From: Mobula hypostoma
Taxonomy: Eukaryota
Direction of reading: 5' to 3'
Length of the DNA stretch: 64,000 nt
NCBI RefSeq assembly: GCF_963921235.1
Contig: NC_086097.1
Location: 178,996,001-179,060,000 of the forward strand
Positions 50,406-63,019 of this stretch are shown piece by piece. Within the stretch, counting starts at the first letter, position 1, and each line of letters starts with the position of its first letter. A model generated the notes under the pieces. That model was not told where the DNA came from and ran no database searches. It worked only from the letters and a program-made list of their open reading frames with translations. A program made the translations under genes and the position numbers.

Positions 50406-53399
50406 TATTCACTAATTTACCAAGACGGAGTTGGACAGACATATGAACAGGCAGGAGTGGGATATAAAGGCCACCCAGAGGTGGATAAACACCATGGTTG
50501 ACACAGACCTGCTGGGCCAAAGGGCCTCTAGAATTCTGTGCTGTACTGTGTATTCTTAAATTTTCTACAGATGCTGTGGTTTGAAAGAGCTCCACCAGAT
50601 CTCACCAGAGGACAGTGTTGCTGGCTGCTGAGCCTTTTCAGAGAGCTCCGTTTCCTTATTTTGGAATCTCTGCTGAACCTTCTCCAGTGTTTCCATACAG
50701 AGAGCGGAAGAGGGCATAGTTGTGTGGTTTGGTCCAACTTCAGTCCTTTGAATCTTGACATAACCTCCCACAAAATCTTCTAGGTTAATTGGAATGATAG
50801 GCAAACTGAAGCCACTGATCTGGCAGGCTGATTGGGAACTAAATCTATCTGTTATCCCTGGGCAGGTCACATAATAAGAGGCATTGACAGAGTGAACAGC
50901 CAGTGCCTTTTTCCCAAGGCGGTCATCTGAGGTGTGTGGAGGAAAGGTTAGGGGAGATACACTGGCGGAGGTAGTGGTAGAGGTTGATACAATAAGGACA
51001 TTTAAGAGACTCGTAGATAAGTACATGGATGAAAGAACAGTGGAGGTGTACGTGAGATGGAAGGGTTGGACTAATTGTGGAATAGGTTAAACATTGGCAC
51101 ATCATAGTGGGCCGAAGGGCCTGTACTGGGTTGTACTGTTCCATGTTCTATGATGCGATGTTCCAAGTAACCAACAGAATTAGGGTAGGCACAGGTCATC
51201 CTCCGTCCTGAGTAAGATTTGTCAGTACCGTCCCTCCTTGCATTGAATGCTGATTTTTCTTTTTGACATTAGATACGAGGAGCAGGTTGAGAATGGGAGG
51301 AGGAAGTTCCTCACACAGAGGGTGGTGGGTATATCAAATGAGCCGCCAGAGAAAGTGGTAGAGTTACAACACTTAAAAAAAAACATTTGGACAGACAAAT
51401 GAACAGAAAGGGTTCAGAGAGATATGGGCCAAATGTGGGCAACTGGGACTAGCTTAGATGGAAATCATGTTTGGTGTGGATATGTCAGGCTGAAGGGCCT
51501 TTTTCTATGATGTGTACCTCAGCGTCACTACAAAATGCACAATTAGCTAACATTACTAATTTTAACAATTTGTTCACCTGTGTCACTAAATTACTTACAT
51601 CTGGATTATTGAGAGCAGTTTTGGGTCCTATATAACTAAGAAATGATATGCTCGCATTGGAGAGGATTCTTTTAGAAGAATAATCCTGGGAATGGAAAGG
51701 GTAATGTATGAGAAGTGTTTGATGGCTCTGGGCTTGTACTCACCGGAGTTTAGAAGAATGAGCGAGGATTGCATTGAAACCTACCAAATATTGAAAGGTC
51801 TTGTTAGAGTGGACGTGGAGACGGTGTTTCAATAGTGGGAGAGTCTAGGACCAGAGGGCACAGCCTCAGGATGGAAGGACGTCTCTTTAGAATAGAGATA
51901 AGGAGGAATTTATTTAGTCAGAGGATCAGAATCAGGTTTAATGTCACCATGAAATTTGTTTTCAGGAAGGGTAGTGAATTTGTGGAATTCATTGCCACAG
52001 ACAGCTGTAAAAGCCAAGTCACTGGGTATGTTTAAAGTGGAGGCTGACAGGTTCTTGATTAGTAAACCTTCCAAAGTTATGGCTAGAGGGCAGGAGAATG
52101 GGGTTGAGAGGGAAAATAAATCAGCCTTGATAGAATGGCAGAGCAGCCTGAATGGACCAAATTATATCCTAAGGTCTTCTGTCCTTATTCATGCTGTGTG
52201 ATTATAATGGGATCTTGCTGGGTGAAAGTTGACACCCAGATTTCCTTCATTACAGCAGTGACTGGAGTATATTCTGTATCCAGTCATTAACGAATACACT
52301 GATTGGTAAGGGTTACGGGGAGAAGGCAGGAGAATGGGGCTGAAAGAAACCAGCCAAGATTAAATGACCCGACAGGTCGAGCGGCTTCACCCTGCTGCTG
52401 TATCTCAGTGGGATTCAGGAGCTCCCAACGAGCCGACAGCAGAGGGAGGAGGCACATTTGGAAACTCGTCTGGAGAGTCAGAAATCTCCAGAGGAAACAG
52501 TTGAAGGCAGGCGTAGGAAAATTTAGTGGTGATCCTCAGCAGCTGCATACATCCACTATCCCTGCTGTACCATTGATCCCATTTAAGATGCAGGTATTTC
52601 TGCCGTCTAAGTCAGAAACTCCCCATTGACTACAGCTTTGAGCTCAGGGAAACAGCTCTGGTGCTTGGCTATTTGCGATGGATTGCAGTGTTTATTTGTC
52701 TGTAGCCTCGGATGGCTGGACTGCAGGATGCTAAGCCTCCTGATTTATCTGATTTTCACCCCACCTTTTTTATTTAATGCCACAGCTTTTTCTCTAGTGA
52801 AGTAATTGTTAATTGGCATCCCAGCTCCAGTGAGATGAATTCTGGAAATAAAATAAACCTTGCTGCGGAACTGCTGGCATTGATTGGAAACGAGAGACGA
52901 TCGGCAATGTACCAAAGACTGACAGCAATCCCACTCATGCCGACTTCGAGCTAAAGCCCTTTGAATGCTGTCCTTGAGAATGCCTTTAGAAGGAAGTTCT
53001 CCTAATGTTGTGAGAAAGACAGAATGCAGTATATGTAGTGCTATCCTCACAGGAGTTTATTTAGTACTCTAATAGCTGTTATGAGCCTACATTATATCCA
53101 AGGAGTAATTCTCCTTAGAGGAGCAGGGCTTGCTTTGTGTCAATATTCTGGCATTTTTAGTCACGTACGGAATATGCTTCTGGGAGTATTGAAGGAGTCA
53201 GGCAGTCTCATAATAGTCCGCATTCATTAATAAGACTACTGCTTCTGTCCTTCCATTGCCCACTACAGGGATATCTCCCCTCGCCTCAGGGAAACAGGCA
53301 GACACATTTAAAGAAGCTTTTTCCTTTGCTGCTGGGCTAAAGATAACACACAGAACTTGCAGGCATTTCCAGAGTCAGCTTTCAAATGTCCCTGTATGT

Positions 53400-53450
53400 G
53401 CAAGCACGTACATACATACACGCACAGAGACACACTCTCACACGCATGCG

Positions 53451-53491
<41 letters not shown>

Positions 53492-53765
53492 ATACAGGTA
53501 CACAATCACACACACACACACACACACACAGGCACACACAAACAAAACACGTTCTCACCCAGTCACATGCATACACATACGCACACAAACACAAACATGG
53601 ACACACTCATGCTCACAGTCACGTGCACACACGTGCAAGTGTGCGCACGCAGGCACACATGCAGAAACACATCTACCCTGCCTCGAACACACACATATAT
53701 GCAGACTCACACATATACATACATAAACACATACTAATACACAAACGTGCACATCCATGTACACA
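53400..53765. repeat. (CA)n/(CG)n-rich microsatellite region
   Basis: Visible alternating purine-pyrimidine tracts. Confidence 0.95.
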
Positions 53766-53766
53766 G

Positions 53767-54190
53767 ATGAAGCCATCCGTTGGTCAGGGTCGACCAGGGA
53801 TGTTGCAGCCTAGCCGCCTACATGATAGGCAGGCCTGGGCAGTACGATGTGGAGGGCAATCTGTTCCCCACGCAGCAGGCTCTCCCTCTCCACACAGCTG
53901 ATGGACCCAAGTGAACAGCAGAGACCGACAGAGTGTGGCACCAGCAGCGTCGCAGGAGTTGCCAGTCAGCGTTGAGCTCAGTGTAGGACTGCCTTATGGA
54001 CCCCAGCTCCATATTTTTCCTTGGGTTTACTCCCAAATCCTTCCCCACCAGTGTGTGTGGTCACAAGGCAGCGGAGGTTTGAGATCAGAGTTCTCGTCCT
54101 AGACGAGCTGCCAACCAGTCGTGAGCCACGCCTGCCCGAAGCGACTGATTTTATGGCACCAGTCACCCACTTTGCCCTTTCTCCTGTCAG
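53767..54190 (-). mobile_element. RTE-related non-autonomous element sharing a ~190-bp module with the SINE at 19559-19866
   Basis: Colinear blocks catccgtt, gcaggcctgggca, ccctctccac and tggcaccag..gtc.(t)cgcag in both elements. Confidence 0.65.
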
Positions 54191-54616
54191 TAAAAACAGT
54201 TCCATTGGGCATAGTAGCTAAGCCACAAGTGCAGGCCAGGAGCTGGACTTGCTTGTCAGAGGCTGTTTGAGATGCAAACCACTTGGTACATTTAATAGGC
54301 AGTGGGAGCTTATCCACACTACCCCTCCCCTACCTATGACAGCCTTCAGGAACCTGTACATAGATATAAATACTGTACATAAACACAAACACACACACAC
54401 AGCTGTGCACACACCAGCAACCTTTAGCAGTTCTCAGTGATCAATGCTGGTCAAAGACATATCAGCCTGACAATTAGAAAAGCGACTGTCCTGCTGGAAG
54501 TAAAGCGGCTTTGTGGTTGAGCAGCTGAAGTGGTTGATATCTGGTGACAGGCAGAATGCGGAATTGTATTGTGACACAGTGAAAGAAAGCAGCAGGAGAC
54601 ACGTCTGACCACAAAT

Positions 54617-55218
54617 CACATGCATGCACGCACACATACACTCACACACACGCGCACACACACATACACTCACACACACACACATACATACATGCACTCA
54701 ATAGACAATAGGTACAGGAGTAGGCCATTCGGCCCTTCGAGCCAGCACCGCCATTCGCTGTGATCATGTCTGATCATCCACAATCAGTACCCTGTTCCAG
54801 CCTTCTCCCCATATCCCTTGACTCCACTATCTTTAAGAGCTCTATCTAACTCTTTCTTGAAAGCATCCAGAAAATTGGCCTCTACTGCCTTCTGAGGCAT
54901 CACACATACACACTCACATACATACACTCACACACATACACACTCACATATATACACTCACACATACACACTCACATACATACACTCACACACATACACA
55001 CTCACATACATACACTCACACATACACACTCACATACATACACTCACACACACACGCACACATACACTCACACACATACACACTCACATATATACACTCA
55101 CACACACACGCACACATACATACACTCACACACACGCACACATACATACACTCACACACATACACACATACACTCACACACACACGCACACATACATAAA
55201 CTCACACACACACGCACT
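54617..55218. repeat. CA/TA compound microsatellite interrupted by a minus-strand CR1 3' end (~54700-54898)
   Basis: cacatacacactca repeats flank caatagacaataggtacaggagtaggccattcggccc. Confidence 0.9.
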
Positions 55219-57679
55219 CTGTAGCTGCTGTATGAATGATCAGATTCTTTCTCACATGGCCCTGACACGGAGTATTTGTTCACTTTCATTCAGCAAACAG
55301 CAAGGTATAAGACAGTTGTTTACTGGCTGTGTACACAGGGCTGATGTTGTGCATTACCCAGCCTGGCATTTGGAACATGAACCATAGAACTGTACAGCAC
55401 GGGGCAGGCTCTTCGGCCCTTGGTGCCGTACTGAACTAATTCAGCTAATTACAGCCTACTCAAGGTTTATATCCCTCCATTCTCTGCACATTCATGTGCC
55501 TGTCAAAGAGCCTCTTAAACATTTTTGCCTCCACCACCACCCGGCACTACATTCTAGGCTCTCTCCACTCTCTGTGTAAGAAACTTGTCTTGCACATCTC
55601 CCCTGAACTTACCCCTTCTCATCTTAAATGCCCACCCTCTGATGTTTAACATTTCAACCATAGGAAAATTATACTGCCTGTCAACTCCATTAATCTTATA
55701 AACCTCCATCAGATCTCCCGTCAGCTTATGCCGTTCCAGAGAAAACTACCCAAAGTTGTCCAACCTGTCCTTACAGGTCATGCCCTCTAATCCAGGCAGC
55801 ATCCTGGTGAACACCTTCTGCACCCTCTCCAAAGCCTCCATATCTTTCCTGTAATGGGGCAACCAGAATACTCCAGATGTGGTCTGACCAGAGTTTTATT
55901 CAGTTGCAATGTAACTTCCTCGTTTTTGAACTTAGCACCTTGACTAATAATGGCAAGCATTCAAAATGCCCTCTTTACCGGCCTGTCAACCTGTGCAGCC
56001 ACTTCCAGGGATCCCAAGACCCCTTTGTATAGCAATGGAAAACAATAGATAAGTGTGATCCACCTATTCCACAAGGAGTCTTCCTACATGTAACAGAGAC
56101 TCACTATTGACTATCCAAATCAAGTCCGACAATTGTCTGATCAGTGAATTGTGATTGTACCACATGGTGATATGTGTCTGAAGCTAGAGCAGATATTAGA
56201 CCAGAATCTGAAGATCTCATTCAGAACACTGCCTCAAGGAGACAGTTTGTAGGGTTCCCTTATTCACATTAATGATCTGGGTATCACTGATAGGACCAGC
56301 ATTTACTGCCGATCTCTAACTGCCCCATGCAAAAGTGGGGGTGAGCTGCCTTCTCAGACCAATGACCCTATGACCCAATATACCCATGGCTGTCTGTCAG
56401 GACTTTGTACGTTTTTCCTGTGGGGGAGCAGCTTTCCTCTGGTGCTCCGGTTTCCATCAGATGTACCCGTTCGTAGGTTAATTGGTCATTACAAATTGTC
56501 CCATGATCAGGCTAGAATTAAATCCGGGGATTACTGAGCAGTGTGGCTTGAAAGGCCTATTCCACGCTGGACCTCAGTATGAAAAACAAGGTAATAACAG
56601 CTTAAATTATAGGAGCAGAATTAGGCTACTTGGCCCCATTGAGTCTACTTTGCCGCTCAATCATAACTGATTTCTGACTCCTTTCTTTCTCCTTCTTCCT
56701 GTAACCCCTAACCCTTTACCAATCAAGAACCTATCAATTTCTGTTTAAATATACCCAGTGACTTGGCCTGCACATCCCTCTGTGGAATAAATTGCACCAA
56801 TTCACCACCTTCTGGCTGAAGAAATTCCTCCTCATCTCAGTTCTAAAGGGATGTCTCTTTATTCTGAGACTTGCTCTTGGATACTAAACCTTCCTCCTAA
56901 TCGAAACATCCTCTCCAAGTTTCCAATGGATTCCAAAGTGTTCCTCCCTCATCCCCTAAATTCCATTGTGTACAGTCTCAGAGAGCTAAAATGCTCTTCA
57001 TATACTCCGAACGATACAGCATGGCTACAGGCCCTTCAGCCCAAACAGTCCATGCTGACCATGGTGCACACCCAGCTAGTCCCAATTTCCTGCCTTCAGC
57101 CCATATCCTTCTTAGCCCCTCCCCTCCATGTTCCTTTCCAAGTGTTTTTTAAATGATACTATTGTCCCTGCCTCAACCACTTCCACGGGCAGCTCATTCC
57201 ATATAATCACGAACCCCTGCATGAAAAAAGTTGTTCCTCACAACCCTTCTAAATCTCTCCACTTTCACCCTAAACATAGACATATGTTGAGCCTTTCATT
57301 CCTGGGATGACTTTAGTGAGTGTGTTGCCACAGTGCTGTTGGGAAGGGAATTCCAGGATTTAAACCCAGTGATGGTGAAGGAATGGTAATATATTTCCCA
57401 GCCTGCACAGTGAGTGATTTGCAGGGGAACCCAAAGTGGTGGTGTTCCCTTGTGCCTGCTACCCTTGCCCTTCTTGGTGCGAGACATGATAGGGTTGGGA
57501 GGAGATGGTAATTGATAATTGGTATATTATTGCCACACGGAGCAAGATACAGAGATAAGCTCTTGTTTGTGTTCCAATCCATACAGATCAATCTATACGG
57601 TCATAAATACATAGCAATAGTAAATGAATGTGGAATATAGTGTTACAGTTACAGAGAAAGTGCCATGCAGGCAGACCGT

Positions 57680-59180
57680 AAGACCATAAGATATAGGAGC
57701 AGAATTAAGCCATTTGGCCCATCAAGTCTGCTCTGCCACTTCATCATGGCTGGTCCATTTTTCCTCTCAGCCCCAGTCTCCTGCCTTCTCTCCGTATTCC
57801 TTCATGCCCTGGCCAATCTAGAATCTATCAACCTCTGCCTTAGGTATACATAAAGACTTAGTCTCCACAGCTGCCTGTGTCAAAGAATTCCACAGAGTCG
57901 CCGCTCTCTGGCTAAAGAAATTCCTCTTCATTTCCATTCTAAAAGGATGCCACTCTATTCTGAGGCTGTGTCCTCTGGTCTTAGACTCTACCACCATAAG
58001 AAACATCCTCTCCACACACATTCTATCAAGGCCTTTCACTATTCAATAAGTTTCAATGAGGTCACCCCTCATTCTTCTAAATTCCAGTGAATACAGGCCC
58101 AGAGCCATCTAACTCTCTTCATATGACAAGCCATTCAATCCTGGAATCATTTTTGTGAACCTCCTTTGAGCCCTCTCCAGTTTTAACACATCCTTTCTAA
58201 GATAAGGAGCCCAAAACCACTCACAGTGAGGCCTCACCAGTGCTTTATAAAGTCTCAACATTACATCCTTGCTTTTATATTCTAGTTCTCTTGAAATGAA
58301 TGCTAACATTGTATTTGGCTTCCTCACCACAGACTCAACCTGCAACCTAACCTTTAGGGAATCCTGCACAAGGTCTCCCAAGACCTTTACACCTCAGAGT
58401 TTTGAATTTTCTCTCCATTTAGAAAATAGTCAACCCTTTAATTTCTTCTGCCAAAGTGCATGACCATACACTTCCCACCACTGTATTCCATCTGCCATTT
58501 ATTTGCCCATTCTCCTAATTTGTCTAAGTCCTTCTGTAGCCTCTCTACTTCCTCAAAACTACGTGCCCCTCCACCTAACTTCATGTTGTCTGCAAACTTT
58601 GCAACAAAGCCATCAACTCTGTCATCCAAATCATTGACATTAAATGTAAAAAGAATCGGTTCCAACACAGACTCTTGTGGAAACCACTAGTCACTGGAAG
58701 CCAATCAGAAAAGGCTATCTTTATTCCTCCTCTTTGCCTCCTGCCAGTCAGTCACTGCTTTATCCATGCTAATGTCCTTCCTGTACTACCACGGGCTCAT
58801 AACTTGTTAAGCAGCCTCATGTGTGGCACCTTGTGAAAGGCCTTCTGAAAATCGAAGTACACAACATCAATCAATTCTCCTTTGTCTATCTTGCTTGTTA
58901 TTTCTTCAAAGAATTCCAGCAGATTTGTCGAGCAAGATTTTTCCTTGAGGAAATGATGCTGACTGCAGCCTTATCAGCCTGGAGTTTTATCATGTGACTC
59001 CAGTACCCTGAGAACTCATCCTTAATCATTGACTCATCTTCCCAACCTTCGAGGTCATACTTAATGGCCTATGGTTTCTTTTCTTCTGCTTCTCTCCCTT
59101 CCTGAACGGTGGAGTGACATTTGCAATTTTCCAGTCTCCTGGAACCATTCCAGAATCTCGTGATTCTTGGAAGATCATTG
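57680..59180 (-). mobile_element. CR1-type LINE, ~1.5-kb decayed RT and 3' end
   Basis: Minus ORFs: NDLDDRVDGFVAKFADNMK, LYKALVRPH, RRFTKMIPGL, TRGHSLRI. Confidence 0.92.
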
Positions 59181-60214
59181 CTAATAAAGTCCAGATAAAG
59201 TGCAAGGGCTACAATGAGGGCTACAGTTGAGAGATCAAGAGTATCTTTTTGCATATGAGAGGACATTTCAAGTGTCTGATAACAGTAGGATAGAAGCTGC
59301 TCTTGTACCTGGTGATATCTGCTTTCAGGCTTTTGTATCTTCATGTAGTTGGATAGAATACCAGAGAGATCAGCACTTTGAGGTAGTACAAGGGGAAAGC
59401 AATAATGGAATGCAGAAAAAGTGTTAAAGTTTCATCGAAAGTACAATGCAGGCAAACAATAGGGTCCAAGGTCATAATGAGGTAGATTGTATATCTTATC
59501 ATACTAAGGAACCTTGCAACAGTTTGATTACAATGAGGAAGAAGTTGCTGTTGACCCTGGTGCTATGTGATTTAAGGCTTTTGTACCTTCTGCCCAATGG
59601 GAGGTGGGGTGGAGAAGAGAGAATGTCCTGGTGGAAAGTGTGGCGTAACCCGGATTAGTAACCACAGCAAACCTGCCTGTGAAAGCAGAAACTATCAGAC
59701 GTAAAACAATCAGAAATTTCACTCCGTTCCCAAAGTTTCTTCACAATCACCAGGCTTGTGAGAGTTAAAGGGGAATCGCAAGCTGTTGTGCTAAAGTTGG
59801 CCATTTACAGTTATATTTTGAACCTTGTAAAATATTTCACGCAGTTAAATAATGAACTTATTGTTTGAATAATGTGTCAGCGACTTATCCAGAGAGTGGG
59901 CAGGATATACTGGAGAGTCAGCAGATTTAAATTGTTTTAAATAAAAGGTTAAAGCAGGATACAAATTGGACTCTGTGTCCCCCATAAAACACAGCAGAAA
60001 TTAGAAATTAATTTCTAAATGTATTAGTTCACGAGGTACGCGCACGACTGACAATGAAACATTTATTGTCTGTCTCTAATTGCCCCAAAGTAAAGAGGCA
60101 GTTAAGATTTAAACACATTTATAGATCTGGAGTTAAATATAGAATGGTCTAGGTGAGGACAGCAGTTTCTCTTCCTGAAGAGTATCAGTAAATTGGATGG
60201 GTTTTTACCCAACG

Positions 60215-60757
60215 TTGCAGCCTAATGTAGCAGATGCTGGAATCTGGAGAAACACACAAACTGCTGGAGGAACTCAGCTGGTCAGACACTGCCTGTAGGG
60301 GGATATGGGAAGGTCAGAAACCTCCATCTGTACTGAAAGATAAAGGGGAGTTAGTAAGTGATAGTCGGTGGCAAGTGATCGATGGATCTAGTGTTGAGGG
60401 GTGATAGGCAGATGGAGGAGGGGAGAGCGGGAATAGTGACAGAGTCTGGGAGGTGAAAGGTGGGGCTGACAGATGGTTGAATCTGATAGGAGAGGAAGGT
60501 GATGCATGGAACCAAGTTAAGGAGGCTCTGAGGGCAGATGGGATCCAATGGGTTTGAATGTTTAGGTGATGAGTGGAGGAGGGGACAGATACAGAGTGAT
60601 GGGGTTTGGTGGCATAGGAGGAACTGGGTAGATGAGGAGGAGGAGGAGAGAGAAAAGGGACAGAGAGGGAGTAGGTTATTGAAATTAGAGAATTCAGTGC
60701 TGATGCCATTGGGTTGTAGATTACCCAGGTAGAATGAGGTGTTGTTCCTCTAGTTTA
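60215..60757 (-). mobile_element. Penelope-like element 3' fragment (GIY-YIG endonuclease C-terminus plus pLTR/UTR), inserted in a SINE
   Basis: Minus 60676-60756 reads KLEEQHLI/YLGNLQPNGISTEFSNF (one frameshift); the distal end has the tgctggaggaactcagc arm found in the fold-back elements. Confidence 0.75.
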
Positions 60758-62514
60758 ATGTTTATTGTTTCTGAGATGTATTTTTATTGCAGATTTACTG
60801 AATGATTTGAGATTAACTTCTTCGGCTGCTGTGGTGGGATTTAAACTCTGGTCCAGGACTCTGGCCACGGGGCCAGTACCTGAACCGCTAAACCACTATA
60901 CACCTAGTGCTTCATAAGTCTTGCCCATTACTCCAGGAGAGTGTAGAGGGGGCAGGCATTTCTGCTACCTAGTAGGATGGGAGAAGAGTATCTGGGGAAA
61001 GTGATGTGATCCTGGCTATTTGGGGGGAAGGAAGGGAGTGGGGAGATAGGAGGTGTGTGGCATGCACCCTTGAAGAAAGCAGGGAACAGTAGAACATAGA
61101 ACAGTACAGCATAGAACAGGCCCTCCAACCCAAAATGTACCAATCTAATTAAACTAACTAAACTAACCCCTTCTGCCTACACAATGTCCATGTCATTCCA
61201 TTCTCCGCCCATTAATGTGTCTATCCAAGAACCTCTTAAATGCCTCAGTCGTATTTTCCTCCATCACCACTCCCCACAGTATATTCCAGGCATCCACTCA
61301 CTCTCTGTGTAAAAAGCCTGCCCCCACCCCCCCCCATACATCTCCTTTGAGCTTAACACATCACGCTTTAAACGTGTGCATCCTGCTATGAGCTGTAAGG
61401 AAAGGTCAGAAACACCTGGGTTGTTCTCTCTAAAGTGTCAAACGCTGAGGGGAGATCAGATCAACTTATTAAAAATTACGAAAGGCAGAGATAGGGTACA
61501 CAGTCAGAATTTTTTCCCCAAAGTAGAAATGTCAACACCAGAGGACATGCTTTTAAGGTTACGGGGGGGGGGAGTTTAAAGGTGAGGGGCAAGATTTTTT
61601 CTGCTAAGAGTTGTAGGTGCCTGGAAGAGGTTATCAGAGGTGGTGGTAGAAGCAGGCAATTTGATAGTATTTAAGAGGCTTTTGGATAGATACATGAATA
61701 TGAAGAGAAGGAAGGAATATGGATGATACACAAGAGGAGAACACTTAGCATGAGTTGGCACCAAGTTTAGCACAGCATCATGGGCCGAATGGTTTGTCCA
61801 GTGCTGTACTGTCTATGTTCTAGGACCTGTTCCTACCTGGCTTGTGCTAACATTGAGTGTGGGGAGTAGAGGTTCCGCAGGGTCCAATTGGCCCTGAGTT
61901 AGTAACGAGGATTGGAGCAAGACCAAGGGCTTCCCTGTCCCTCAAGGTCCTGTCTTGCCGCAAATTGGTGCTCCATCTGCTGGTGAGCACAATTGAATGC
62001 TCATTACAGCAAGATCCCAGCTGTGTCCAGTCATCTTTGAGCAGTGAGCACAGTTGTCTCCTCCCTGCAGTGTATACTGTAGCATGAACCTCTTCGTTAC
62101 ATCAGCAACCTGGGCAGGGTCGAGATCTTGGGCTGACAGCAGGACACTTATGTTGTCCCCAATACTAAGGTCCACAAGTCTGGGTCACTGCAACTCCTTG
62201 AGGGAGGCCACCAGTGTCAAGATCAAAGTTGAGTTCATTGTCATATGTTAATTATGTGTATGCACAAGTACAATAAAAAACTTACTTGCAGCAGCATTAC
62301 TGGCTCATAGCATCAGATAAGCAGCATTCAGAAGAAAAACATATTAAACGTGAATTTGCACAATTTTACAAAAAATAGCACAATTAGAATTTTGAAAATC
62401 TATTTTTGTCCAAAGTGGTCAAAATGATCATAGTGATGCTATACTGAGGTAGTGATTAAGGTTGTATCAGTTGGTTCAAGAACTGAATGGTTGAAGGAAA
62501 GTAGCTGTTCTTGA

Positions 62515-62727
62515 ACAACACACACAAATGCTGGGGGAACTCAGCAGGCCAGGCAGCATCTAGGCAAAGAGTACAGTCGACGTTTCGGGCTGAAACCCTT
62601 CGGCAGGACTGGCCCAAAATGGTCCAAAACGTCTACTATATTCTTTTCAATAGATGCTGCCTGGCCTGCTGAGTTCCTCCAGCATTTTGTGTGTGTTGCT
62701 GGGATTTCCAGCATGTGCAGATTTTGA
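62515..62727. mobile_element. 213-bp Penelope-derived palindromic insertion with 12-bp TSD
   Basis: TSD agctgttcttga (62503-62514, 62728-62739); ~75-bp inverted arms at 62516-62590 and 62624-62698. Confidence 0.88.
62574..62611 (-). ncRNA. Candidate minimal type-I hammerhead ribozyme motif (one core mismatch)
   Basis: Minus strand: CAGTC-CTGCCGA-A-GGGT TTCA GCCC-GAAA-CGTC-GACTG, giving a perfect 5-bp stem I, a stem II and palindromic ACGT in place of stem III. Core is CUGCCGA rather than CUGANGA. Confidence 0.6.
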
Positions 62728-63019
62728 AGCTGTTCTTGAGCCTAGTGATGTAGGACTTCAGGCTTCTGTACCTCCTGCCCAAAGGTAGTTGTGAAAATCT
62801 GGCAAGGCCTAGACTATAGGAATCGTTGGTGATGGATGTTGTATTCATGGGCAGCACCTCCTGAAAATGGTATCAATGGTGGGGAAGGATGTGTCTGTGA
62901 TGTATTCGGCTCAGTCCACTATTCTTAGCAGCTTCTCATGTTCTTGCAGATTCAAATCGTTGTACCAGACCATGATACAACCAGTCAGGATACTTCCAAC
63001 AGTATATCATCACTGCTAA

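Larger units (their letters stand above)
62220..63015 (-). mobile_element. Rex1/Babar-type LINE 3' fragment, interrupted at 62515-62727
   Basis: Minus ORF contains LPLGRRYRSLKSYITRLKNSF. Confidence 0.8.

Noticed and set aside
53256..53901. His/Thr-rich ORFs
   Set aside because: Translations of (CA)n microsatellite.
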